64,000 nt of DNA from Psilocybe cubensis (lineage: Eukaryota), in contig CM039007.1 in the NCBI GenBank assembly GCA_017499595.2, positions 2,294,001-2,358,000 of the forward strand, in the 5' to 3' direction. A program made the position numbers and the translations under genes. Under the pieces are notes generated by a model, which searched no databases, was not told the DNA's origin, and saw only the letters and a program-made list of their open reading frames with translations. Positions 1 through 11,033 of this stretch are shown here, one piece after another. How positions within the stretch are numbered: position 1 is the first letter of the stretch; every line of letters starts with the position of its first letter.

Positions 1-3000
1 GACCATGTCGTCGGTTGGGCAATAGACAAGTCGAATCGAACCATTTTTGACGATCCAGCGAATGAAGTGGAAACGGATATCGATATGCTTAGTGCGTGCA
101 TGATATTGGTGGTCCTTTGTGAGCGCAATGGCGGATTGATTGTCAGAAAATAAGACTGTAGTGTCGAGGGAGGAGGGGAATAGATCCTTGAGGAGGGATC
201 GCAGCCAGAGACCTTCCTTCGCGGCGTGAGTAATCGCAACATACTCGGATTCGGTTGTCGAGAGTGAAATAATCTCCTGTCGCTTCGCCGACCAGAAGAT
301 TGCGCTGCCGTGTAAAATAAAAGCGTACCCGCTGATAGCATGCCGATCCTCGGCCATGCTCCCATCCGCATCTGCGTACCCTGCTAACTCCCTCTGCTGT
401 CCTCCATATGACAGCCAGAGATCCTTCGTGCCCTTCAGATAGCGAAAAATTTGCTTTACCGCCTCCCAATGAGCCTCGCCGGCATTCGTTGAGAAGCGAG
501 AAACAGTCTGGACGGCATAAGCGATGTCGGGGCGCGTACCAAGTGACGCGTACATGAGCGATCCAACAGCTTCGTGATACGGAACGTCGCGCATCTTCGC
601 AAATTGAGCAGTTGTGGTCGGGGATTGAGCAGATGTGAGTCGGGTGTTCGGATCCATGGGAAGCAAGATGGGCTTGAGGTCTTGGAGGCCATATTGACGT
701 ATAATGGAGTCGATATACGAGCGTTGGGAGAGAAAAATGCGACGCACAGCGCGATCGCGAATGATTTTGATACCCAACAACCAGTGTATGTCGCCTAAAT
801 CCGTGATATCAACGTGCTTACTAATCGCAAGTTTGAACTCAGCTATGAGCTCAGCCCGTGTTGCCACGATCGTGCAATCATCAACGTGTACCAACACGAT
901 GACCAGCTCCCCTTGCCCTCCCTTCCTCACGAACACGGCCTGATCCACCGCGCACCTCGAGAAGCCGAGGTGCTTCACCATAATTTCGACGAGCCGCTCA
1001 TACCAACGACGACCCGCCTGCTTCAGGCCGTACAAGGCCTTTCAAAGACGATACACCTGGGTGGAGGATGATGAGGTCGCGACAGCGTAACCAGGCGCTT
1101 GTCGCATATAGATGACCTCGTCGGGCTTGAGGACACCGTTCAGGTAAGCCCCCTTGATGTCTATTTGCTGGATTTCGTAGTTATTGACAGCAGCAACCGC
1201 GAGTACAGCCCGAATAGATGCAAGACGCGAAACGGGCGCGAACGTGTCGAAGTAGTCGACACCCGGCACTTGAGAGAAGCCCTGCGCGACGAGACGCGCT
1301 TTGTAGCGTACAACGTTGCCTGCGGCGTCCTTCTTCGCGCGGTATACCCACTTCGAACCAACAATGTTCGCATTTTCAGGTGCGTCGACGATCTCCCATG
1401 TCCCTGCCTTCTTCAACATCTCAATTTCCTCATCCATCGCCGCCTTCCACAGCAACCAGTCGGGGCGCCTTTTTGCCTCCGTCAGCTATCGCGGCTCAAG
1501 CGCTTCCACATCCGCAGCATCGGCCACGAGTGCGTAGACGTCGTCGTACTCGACAACATCGTATTCGGCAAGGAGCGACGCGTCCTCCCCCTCAACATCA
1601 ACGGATTGTGACGACGAGGGAGCAGGAGGTTCGGTGGATGGTACCGTGATGCCCCTGGTGATTCTGGGGTCACTCGGGCGATGGGATGCGACACCGACGC
1701 CTTCGAGGATGTCGCGGATGCGTCGGGTGGGCTTTCAAGCGCGTTTTGGATGTGTCTCGGGCTCTGAGGCGCTGTCCGTGGCATTATCGGGTTCAATTTC
1801 GACGCGAGGTGTCGCTTGGGAGGTACTGGGGGTAGCCAGAGGTTCAACGGGGGCTTCAGCAGGCTGGTTTGCAGCCTGATATTCGGTGAGTTCGTCCGTC
1901 TTCGTTTCGACAATCTCCCAATCCTCCCCCTCGAGACGAGAGACTGACGATAGCGTCTTGTCATAATAGACATTTCGCTCCACCGTCACGGTCTTCTTGT
2001 CAGGCCAATATACCCGTACCCCCTTTGACTTCTCGTCAACGCCCAACCATTGTCCCTCCTTCACCCGCCCGCCCAGCTTCATAGCGTTTGTCTCCAGACG
2101 CACCCACACCTTCTCGCCGAACTCGCGCAGCTCGCTGAGGTCGGGCTTTTTGCCAAATGCGGCCTCATAGGGTGTCACACCCTTGAGTGCCTTCGTGGAC
2201 GTGCGGTTCAATAACCATACGACGTGCCGACACGCTTTGCCCCACAAGGACTTCGGAAGACCGCTGGCGTGCAGAAGCGCACGCACACGTTTGATAATGG
2301 TGCGGTTACGCCGTTCCACAACGCCGTTAAACTGCGGTGTGTCGTGGACGGTCTGCTTCTGGGTGGTACCCCGGGTCTTCAGGTGAGCAATAAATGCCTT
2401 CCCTTCATATTCGCCACCCTTATCCGAATGCAGGCACTTGATGCGAACGCCAAACTGCGTCTCGCACCAAGCCTCGTACTCTCGATAGGCCTCAAAAGTG
2501 TCGGATTTGAGTCGGAGGAGATATAATCGGGTGAGTCGTGTTGCGTCATCCGTAAACGTGACGTAGTACCGCTTACCACCCTTTGTTTCCACCGGCGCAG
2601 GTCCCCACAGATCCGAATGGATCTCGTCGCCAAATGCCGCCGCTCGCTCGCCACCTCGCTCCTTCGCTACTGGCCGCCGCGTCGCTTTCGCATAGACGCA
2701 CGATTCGCAAAAGAAAGCCTCGTCGCTCGAGGTTGTAGCAAGACGTACACCGGTCACGAAGCCCTTTTCGACAAGGCGCTTCGCCGTTTTGGGTGCGATA
2801 TGGCCCATTCAACGGTGGAATTGGTCGAGCGTGATCTGCTCGACCACAGCATTGGCTGCGTCGGCCTCATGTGCCACGCAATACATCTCCTTCGAGTTGA
2901 TGGGGATGCTGCCCACGCGCTCGCCCTCGGGGCCGGTAATGGTGCACTTGCCATTGCCGAACGTGGCTGAAAAGCCATTCTGGTCGAGCCGTCCGATGGA

Positions 3001-4515
3001 AATGAGGGTGTACCCTACCTCCGGCGAGTAAAGGACCTTGGTAAGTGTCAGTTTATTGACATCTACCCCGTCTGGGACATCAATAGTCATTGATCCAACC
3101 CCCGTAGCACAGAATTCACCTTTGTTTGCAGCACGTAGGGATAGGGGAGAGGTTTCCGTGAGGGTATCGAAGTCCTCACGGTAGGGCGAGATGTGGCGAG
3201 TGGACCCGGAGTCATAGATCTCCACTCGAGGTGCGTGATTTGCAGCTGCGGCATCGAGCGTCGCACTAATCTCATCAATTACAGCGTGCGCGTCTTCCTC
3301 GATATCATCCCCCAGCTCAACAAACTCATCAGAATCCCACACAGGGTCGTCAAAGTCGCCTGCATCACTTCCCACCTCCGAAAACTCGTCACCATCCATC
3401 AGCGCTGCCTCGCCTTCATCATCCACCTCCCCCTCACTCTCCGAATCTGTTTTCGACACGGACTGAAGATCTGGCAGAGAGTCTGCCTCCGAAACGGTCG
3501 CCGTGAACACGGCATGCACGCCGTCGCTGTCCGAATCTGTTTCGAGCACGGCGTGTACGTCGCCGGCCTTCTTGTTGCCAACCGAGTTGTCATTTGACTT
3601 CTCGCCTTTCGGCGGCTTTGGGCAGTTTCGCTTGAAATGGCCCTTCTCGCTGCAGTTGTAACAGGCGCCGCGCGGCTTCGAGTCGCGTTTTGAAGTCGAT
3701 TTCCCAGCCGGTTTGCCTTTCGACGACGCAACACCCATGGACAAGGCCTCGTCCTTGTCATCGTCCTTCGATTTTCCCGTGCGACGGCTGCGCTGCGTCT
3801 TCTGACGCTCGAATTCCTCGGAAATCAGAAAAATAAGAACATCGGGGGACAGGGTCTTTGTCAGGGCAAACAAACGGGCCGAAGCAAGTTGATTCGAGGC
3901 AAAGTTGGAGAGATTGACAGGAAGCGACGAGATAATAACGGAACGGTAATCCTTCTCGTCGATGTCAACGCCAACCGATGCTAACTCTTCTCGCTTCACA
4001 CGCAGGTTATCGAGAAACTCGCGCACGTTGCCCTTGTCAGGGCACTTCGACTCGAGGAATCGGGTACGAAGATCCGTTTGCGCATAAGCGCCCTTCTCCG
4101 TGTACTCAGCAACAATGGCCTCCCAGCGCTCGCGGACGGTTCGCTTGGAGTGCACGCGCATCAACGTCGAGTCCGGAATCTTCTGCGTGAGCAGATATTT
4201 CGCCGACAACTCGTCCTTGTCCCACTTCTGCTGTGCGGCAAGGTCCTCGGCAATAGGCTTTGGCGTTGTTTGTACCGCGGCAGAGGTGGCAGGCGCACTT
4301 TCGGGGGCAGTCGCAGGTGTAACCACAGGAGCAGGGGACACGTCGGACACCTCAGGACGTGTCGACGAGCCGTCGAAGTGGTCCCAGAGACCTTTCGCCT
4401 CAACAGCGTCCTGGAAACGGACCCGGAAAATGGCCCAGTTCACGCCAGTCGCATCCAGCTTTGGAATGGACGACGGCAGCGTGTCCGAGAGCACAGCAGT
4501 AGTTGTAACAGACAT
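1..4515 (-). pseudogene. gag-pol polyprotein of copia element A, interrupted by four in-frame stops
   Basis: ORFs 2809..4515, 1735..2808 and 1042..1455 share one frame, which then stays open from 1041 to base 1. Stops: TGA 2809-2811, TGA 1735-1737, TAG 1486-1488, TGA 1042-1044. Confidence 0.9.
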
Positions 4516-4579
4516 GTTGACAGTACACAGGCAAATTTACGAGGTAAGGCTTTGATCTTCAAGTTAAGCAATGGGGCCG

Positions 4580-4591
4580 GGGCCCATAACC
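4580..4591 (-). other. Primer-binding site of copia A (GGTTATGGGCCC, internal tRNA-iMet half-molecule type)
   Basis: Minus strand reads ...TTCTTACA|GGTTATGGGCCC immediately after the LTR terminal CA, matching the PBS known for Drosophila copia-type (hemivirus) elements. Confidence 0.85.
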
Positions 4592-5014
4592 TGTAAGAAA
4601 ACTAGTAACGAGCTCAGTCGTGTTCGAGCAGAACGATTAATATATTTGTAAGTACCTAGTAACGAGCTGGTACAAATGTATAAGTAAAGAAGTAAATAAG
4701 AAACAAACAAGAGAATCTCACCTCAGTCGTGTTCGAGCAGAACGACTGAGGTTCGAGTGAACGAAAGCACACATTTTATATGCGTGCACTACTACTGTAC
4801 ATAAATGATAATAGATATGAAACACAAAGTAGATTGCAGTAGAATTGCAAAGGAATGAAAATGGGATAGTGGCAAGAGCGCCCGAGAATGAACAGAACAA
4901 AAGATATAATACAGATAATAAATTGTACATACTTGTGGCACTTTGTGGATGCCCTGGGCAGGGCTTATCGTGCGCCGAGCGCGCTCGATGCGTTTGCTTA
5001 GTGCACATCTCACA
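4592..5014 (-). repeat. 5' LTR of copia A (~423 bp)
   Basis: Minus strand begins TGTGAGA and ends TCTTACA (6/7 inverted match). TATA-like TATAAAA at ~4774-4780. Abuts the PBS. The partner LTR is outside the window, so the right boundary is inferred. Confidence 0.75.
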
Positions 5015-8000
5015 TCTCCTCCCGTACCTCTGCTCCGGCTGGGCCCTGAAGAAATCCGGACACATGCATGGTGCCATATCCGGCTCCTGCTGCCGCACAC
5101 AGCCTAGCTTCCAGAATTGGTGTAAAGCCTACTTCACAGGCACTCCAGATCATGGAAAGCGTTGCCACGAGCAGCTTACAAATTCCTTCGGATGTCTCCC
5201 TCGCAGAAAGGTTGAAGACTCCGCCCGTCAACTCTGAAACCATTGACAATCACATGGTCGTTGATGGTGAGATCACATCTCCGGAGATCGAAAAGCTTAA
5301 TAATGAGCTATTCGGACCGGAACCAAAGCAATGGGGTGATATCCCAAACTTTGATGATCAGAGAGAACGGTCTCCTGATGTTCCTATTGAGGAACATGTG
5401 GATTACGGAGAAGACAATGAGGATCTCTATGACGGTTACTACGATGACCATTTTGTTGATAGGCAAGTAAGTTCTAGTTCTAGCAATTGGACCATAAATA
5501 ACGCTGAGATTCCCACAGGGACTACCCCATCTAGAGACAACAACGACTCAACAGTCGACCGGCCGGAAGAGGAGGAGTTCCCTGTAGATATTTACTACTC
5601 ATTTGTACATGATGTATACCAAAAATATCTATCTCATTTTGCGTGTTGTCCAGATTGCAAAGGAAAAGGAACTGAAAAACCCAAAAAGGGGAAAAAAGCC
5701 ATAACGCCTTGGTTAATGGACAGTGGTGCTAGTGTGCACTTTACTGGCGATAAGTCTGATTTCGCAAGTTACCAAGACTTTGCTGAGAATAATCAACCTA
5801 TTTTGCAAACTGCCACTACCACGGTGCCTATCACCGGTTTTGGAACAGTCTTCGTAGAAGTGGTTTCACACTCCGAGGATCTGGGACATGAAGTCCGCCG
5901 ACTCCATCCTGTTCTATACATGGAACAATTACATGTCCGATTAATGTCGATGGGACAACTCCTGTTGTCCGGCATGACCATAGAAGGAACAGCTAAAGTC
6001 CTTCGGTTCTTTGATTTGCCTGAGAAATCATATGGCCTACAAGCCAGGGCAGATTCAATTGAATCGAACAGACATCCAATGTATTGGGTGCATACGCGCA
6101 TTGTCTCTGGAGAAGACATTAGCATGTTATCTTCAACTCTTCAAGAGTCAAGTGACCTTTGGCATCGACGCCTTGGTCATCCCTCTGACGATGTTCTAAG
6201 ACATTTTAGGGACTCCACTAAGAACTTTCCTAAAATAAGTGTACCCAAGGACAAAAATGTCTGTGAAGGCTGCGCAAAGGGTAAAATGACTGATAAGTCA
6301 TATGACAAAAACCCCAAACGCGCGAAGAAGCCTTTTGATCGTATCTATTGTGATCTCAAGACATTTTCTGTTTATTCCTACCAGAAGTGTAAATACTTCA
6401 TATCCTTTTTGGACGATCACACCCCACACGTATGGCTCTACTTTCTTAAAAAGAAGAGTGATGTCGCTGCGGCTGTGAATTCTTTCAAGAATATGGTGGA
6501 AAAACAGTACGGTACCTCCGTCAAAGAATACTTCTTTGATAATGGCGGAGAATTCGTTAGTACCGAGTTCTTGGAACGGCTACAAAATGCCGGTACACGT
6601 GCCTGCTTTACAGCTTCCTATGCTCATCAGAGCAATGGTCGAGCTAAAAGACTAAACAGGACAATTATGGAAAAGTCTGAAGCGATGAGGCATTACGCCT
6701 GTCTACCGGATAGCTGGTGGCAATTTTGCTGTGCCCACGCTGTCTTCCTATACAATAGGACTCCGGTAAAATGCATTGAGTGGAAGACACCCCATCAGGC
6801 CCTTAAGGGGGAGTTACCTGATGTGTCTAAAATTAAAACTTTGGGATGCGCAGCTTATGTGTACCTACACAAGGAGCAGCGTAAAAATAAGTTATCACCG
6901 CGTTCCGAGTTGATGACATTCCTCGGCTATGAATCTAATTCGGTGATGATTTTTATGAGATCTCCGAATAATGTGGTCTTTCGTGCAAACAAGGCCCTAT
7001 TCAATGAAACCTTATTCCCAAAGTGTGAATCTAAGAGGAAGATTCCACCCAACACACGCTTTAATCCTCCAAAACCAAAGGGACCCTCCTTTGAAATTGG
7101 CTATGGAAGTGAGTCAACCGATTCCAATAACGACAACTTTCCAATGCCACCTCTGCCGAAAGAGACAGGCGATCAACCGAGCCCACGGTCCGCCAGTCCT
7201 CCAAGTTCTATGCCAGGGCCTAGTTCACGTCCTCCTCGTGACGATGACGATGATCAGGATGACGATCAGGGATACGTAACACCTCCCACGTCAGGTCAAA
7301 AACCAAAAATGCCTGATACACCTGTCAAGCCTCCGCCCAGAAGGTCGGATAGAACTCGGAAAGTACCAGAGCGGGAAGGCAATGTTTACCAACCCGGAAC
7401 AACAACCGATAAAGATCGACGTAAGAAGCTGCAGACTGTTTCACACGGAGTGGCATCCGTCCCTGATTACGTGCCACTTACTCGATCTAGTAGCAATCGC
7501 AATGTTGAATCTGGTATCCCTAATTCAGGGATGGAAGGGGGAGTAGCAAACAGTCTTTTCGCGATATTACTTTCCAAATGGGTCTGCGAAATCATCTGCG
7601 CTACTGATTATGGTCTCACAAAGGATGTCCGTGACTGGACCCTGCGTGATTTGCTGAAATTACCAGCTGACCAACAGAAGGAATAGAAACAAGCCATGAA
7701 AGACGAGTTAGAGGTCCTCGTCAAAAGAGAGGTCTATGAGCTTGTTGATCTCCCTAACGGCCGAAAAGCCATCAAATGCAGATGGGTCTACGACATCAAA
7801 ACTGATGGTCGGAAAAAGGCTCGTCTGGTAGCCAAAGGCTTCTTACAGATAGAAGGCCTAGACTATGATGAGTTATTCTCATCTGTAGTCATGCTACCAA
7901 GTGTTTGCACAATATTTGCCCTTGCCGCACTTGAAGGGTGGAAAGTCTGGTCCCTTGACGTCATATCGGCCTTTCTTTATGGTCCGTTAGACGAGGAGAT

Positions 8001-9183
8001 ATATATGGAACAGCCTGAGGGCTTTGTTCTAAAGGGACAGGAGAAGAAAGTACTCCAGCTTAAAAAGGCAATTTATGGGCTCAAACAAGCCGCACGAGCA
8101 TGGTGGTTCGAGCTAGACAGAAGTCTAAAAGAGCTCGGATTCACTAGACTATACTCGGACGCCGGCATCTTCATCTCACGTCATACCGATGGCACATTAG
8201 CAATAATGTTTGCCTATGTCGACGACATCCAGATTACCGGGCCCAACTCCGAACTCTCACGTCAGAAGAGAGATCTCTTTATGAAAAAGTGGGATTGCCG
8301 GGATCTCGGAGAATCACGGGAGTTTCTCCGCATGGCTATTGATTACAAAGATGGCAAAATCCTCTTGAGTCAAGCCAACTATTTGGAGAAGATTCTAACC
8401 CGGTTTGGCATGAGCGATGCTAAAGCTGCTAGAACTCCCTTACCCACGGGCTATCACCCAATGCCGTTCAATGGTACTAGTTTGGCACAACTTTGCTCGC
8501 AGTACCAATCAGTGATTGGTTCCTTGCTTTACCTAATGCTTGGAACTAGACCTGATATTGCCTATGCAGTGACTCAGATGGTGAAGTTTGCTTCTAATCC
8601 GTCTGAAGACCACATGAACAAGGCTAAATATATTATGCGGTACCTTGTTGGCACACGCAAATATGCCTTAGTTTATGATGGGAAGTCTCGCGCAGGCCTA
8701 TATGCCTATTGTGACGCCTCTTATGGAGATGACCAATCAGAGCTCAACCTTAAGCGTCGGTCTGCACAAGGCTACTTCTTTAGCTTGGCAAATGCTGCGG
8801 TCATGTGGAAATCACAGACACAGAAGTTAGTCTCAACGTCGTCTACTATGAGTGAATACATGGCACTCTCCGACTGCGCCAAAGATTGCGCATGGATTAA
8901 AAATCTATTTGCGGAACTGGCCAAACCAATTTCCCACGTCCCAGTCTATACGGACTCACATGGTGCAATATTCAACGTGCAGAATCCCGTGACACAAAAA
9001 GGGATTAAGCACGTGGAGATTCGCTATCATTACATACGGGAACAAATAGAGCAAGGCACACTCAAGTTATATGCAGTTCCGACTGCCGATAACGTTGCCG
9101 ACATGTTTACCAAGAATCTAGGTCCTGACCTATTCTTGAAACATAGATCTGCTCTAGGCCTTGAATTTTACCCGCTAGATTAG
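5015..9183 (+). pseudogene. Truncated gag-pol of copia B
   Basis: ORFs 5068..7686 and 7696..9183 are in frame, separated by TAG 7684-7686 at a position where Trp is expected (QQKE*KQAM). A further TGA lies at 5047-5049. The third integrase catalytic residue reads K (SNGRAKR) instead of E. Confidence 0.88.
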
Positions 9184-9242
9184 TCTGTTCATGAAAACAA
9201 GTAGAGTCCCGCCTTATGGCGTGCGCACCACTTGAGGGGGAG

Positions 9243-9561
9243 TGTTGAACGACTATTATTAATAAAGATCACGTTTGACCGTGTGACTCTCAGAGTCATA
9301 TGATAAGTCATGTGAATAGATTACTAAGTAGATAGATGACTAAGTACTATACAGTAGTTACTGTCACTAGTCATATGTAACGCACTCTAGGTGTATATAA
9401 GGGCGACACTAGTGCCCTCTAATAACAAGCGGTTTTCACAACCCACTCGAGTAGCTACAACTCAAGTAACACAACCCAAAGGGTAAGTATTAAGTCAAGT
9501 CCTTAGCCACTGCGTACATAGACTGTGTAGAGTAGTCTTGGGCACATTATGCTGCTCAACA
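9243..9561 (+). repeat. 3' LTR of copia B (319 bp)
   Basis: Starts TGTTGA directly after the polypurine tract and ends TCAACA (perfect 6-bp inverted termini). TATATAA at ~9394-9400. Gypsy integrase sequence starts immediately after. Confidence 0.85.
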
Positions 9562-11033
9562 ATATGGGTTATTTGCAACAGAATAACAAAAGCTGCTCAT
9601 TTCATTTCCATTAACGAGTCTATAGATGCTCCTGCCCTAGCTGAAATGTATTTAGATCATATCTTTTGTTATCACGGTTTCCCCGAGTCTATTGTCTGTG
9701 ATAGAGGATCAGTTTTCATCTCTTCTTTCCTCACAAATCTTATGAGACTCTGGGAAACCAAAATGCACCTTTCAACTGCCTACCATCCACAGACAGATGG
9801 TCTTATGAAAAGGACAAACCAAACATTGGAAGTCTATCTAAGAGCATTCTGTTTGTACAATTAGGACAATTGGGTAAATTTCTTGGCCACTGCTGAGTTC
9901 TTTTTTAACGATACCATGAATTCATCAACTCAGCAAACACTTTTTTTTTGCAAATTTAGGATATCATCCCACCTTTAACATCAAAATCACGGAATGCTCA
10001 ACAAATCTATCCGCCAACAATGTAGCATCATATCTTGACATCATACACAAGGAGTTACAAGCCGAGCTTTGACACGCTAATGAATATATCACCAATCACT
10101 ACAACTGTTATCATTTACCTGGCCCAGAATTCAAAATAGGCAATCAAGCATGGCTTTGTTGCAGGAATATCAAGACCATTTGTCCCTCTGATAAACTAGA
10201 CTACAGAAAAATTGGACTGTTTAAAATCCTAAACAAAAAAGGATTAACCTTGTATCTTCTTGAACTCCCTTGCTCATTATCTTGCTTACATTCCATTTTT
10301 TACATCTTGCTTTTAGAATTTTATATTCAAAACAATTTGCACCCAGTGACTCATAAGAATATTGAACTCAAAGAAGAGCCAACAAACAAAATTAAGAAAA
10401 TTCTGGATTGCCATAAGAAAACACCTGGGTTCCATTTTCAGAAATATCTAGACATGACTTCAATGTGCTTGAGTCTTTCCATTGTCAAAATCAATCCAAA
10501 CCTCACCCTCTGAGATTTGAGTTTTCAGCACTACCATATTCACAACCACAAACGTTGACCAAATACCAAAACATCCAATCATCAATTACCTTAATTATCA
10601 TCCCACAAACTCCACTGGAAAATCTGAAGCATGGATGACCAAATACAAACCTCCTTATCACTAGCATTTGCATACTGGTCGACAAATCAAACCACCATCT
10701 TGTTACCTTGCCTCCCCATAACAAGGGGGTAGTGTGATGATTTGTTTGATTACAATCACTTGTTATGGAACTCCAGACTTGTGATTGTATAGATTAGATA
10801 ACAGACACTTTAGATAGGTATTGGAAATCATGTATTTGATTTAGAACCATATCTATGGCTAACATAGTTTATACTCAAATATCTCCATAGTTAGACTATT
10901 TCATGATCTGAGTAGTATATAAAGTTTGTATTTATCAGAGTTGATTCCTCACGGAATCAACTCTGTGCCAGATTCCCAAATTCATACTTTTCTCTTTGGG
11001 CATATTTCTCTTTTTATCCAAGCATTTCTGACA
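9562..11033 (+). mobile_element. Degenerate Ty3/gypsy retrotransposon C (integrase remnant, PPT, 3' LTR)
   Basis: Gypsy integrase motifs IWVICNRITKAAHF, GFPESIVCDRGSVF, STAYHPQTDG and YLLELP, with several stops and frameshifts. PPT AAGGGGGTAG precedes TGTGATG at 10733. Confidence 0.88.
10733..11033 (+). repeat. Probable 3' LTR of gypsy C (~301 bp)
   Basis: TG start after the PPT, TATATAAA at ~10916-10923, candidate TGACA end at 11029-11033. The right boundary is inferred. Confidence 0.6.

Larger units (their letters stand above)
1..5014 (-). mobile_element. Ty1/copia LTR retrotransposon A (5' LTR, PBS, gag-pol; 3' end runs off the window)
   Basis: Copia domain order in one frame: gag with CCHC knuckle (CYNCSEKGHFKRNC), protease (IYDSGSTRH), GAG-pre-integrase/integrase (HSDLWGP, HSDKGGEY, NGVVERRNRT), RT (RYKARLVAQGFSQ, VHVDD), RNase H (GYADAD, DNQSAI, TKHIDIRFHFIR). 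PBS and LTR lie upstream. Confidence 0.95.
5015..9561 (+). mobile_element. Ty1/copia LTR retrotransposon B (5' part cut off by element A; pol, PPT and 3' LTR present)
   Basis: Protease WLMDSGAS, LWHRRLGH, CEGCAKGK, integrase FFDNGGEF, RT KARLVAKGF and YVDD, RNase H YCDASY and KHVEIRYHYIRE. PPT TTGAGGGGGAG precedes the LTR. Confidence 0.95.

Noticed and set aside
2809-2811. Possible programmed gag-pol stop read-through in copia A
   Set aside because: The stop lies after the protease inside the conserved HRRMGH motif, and three other stops exist, so mutation is the simpler explanation.
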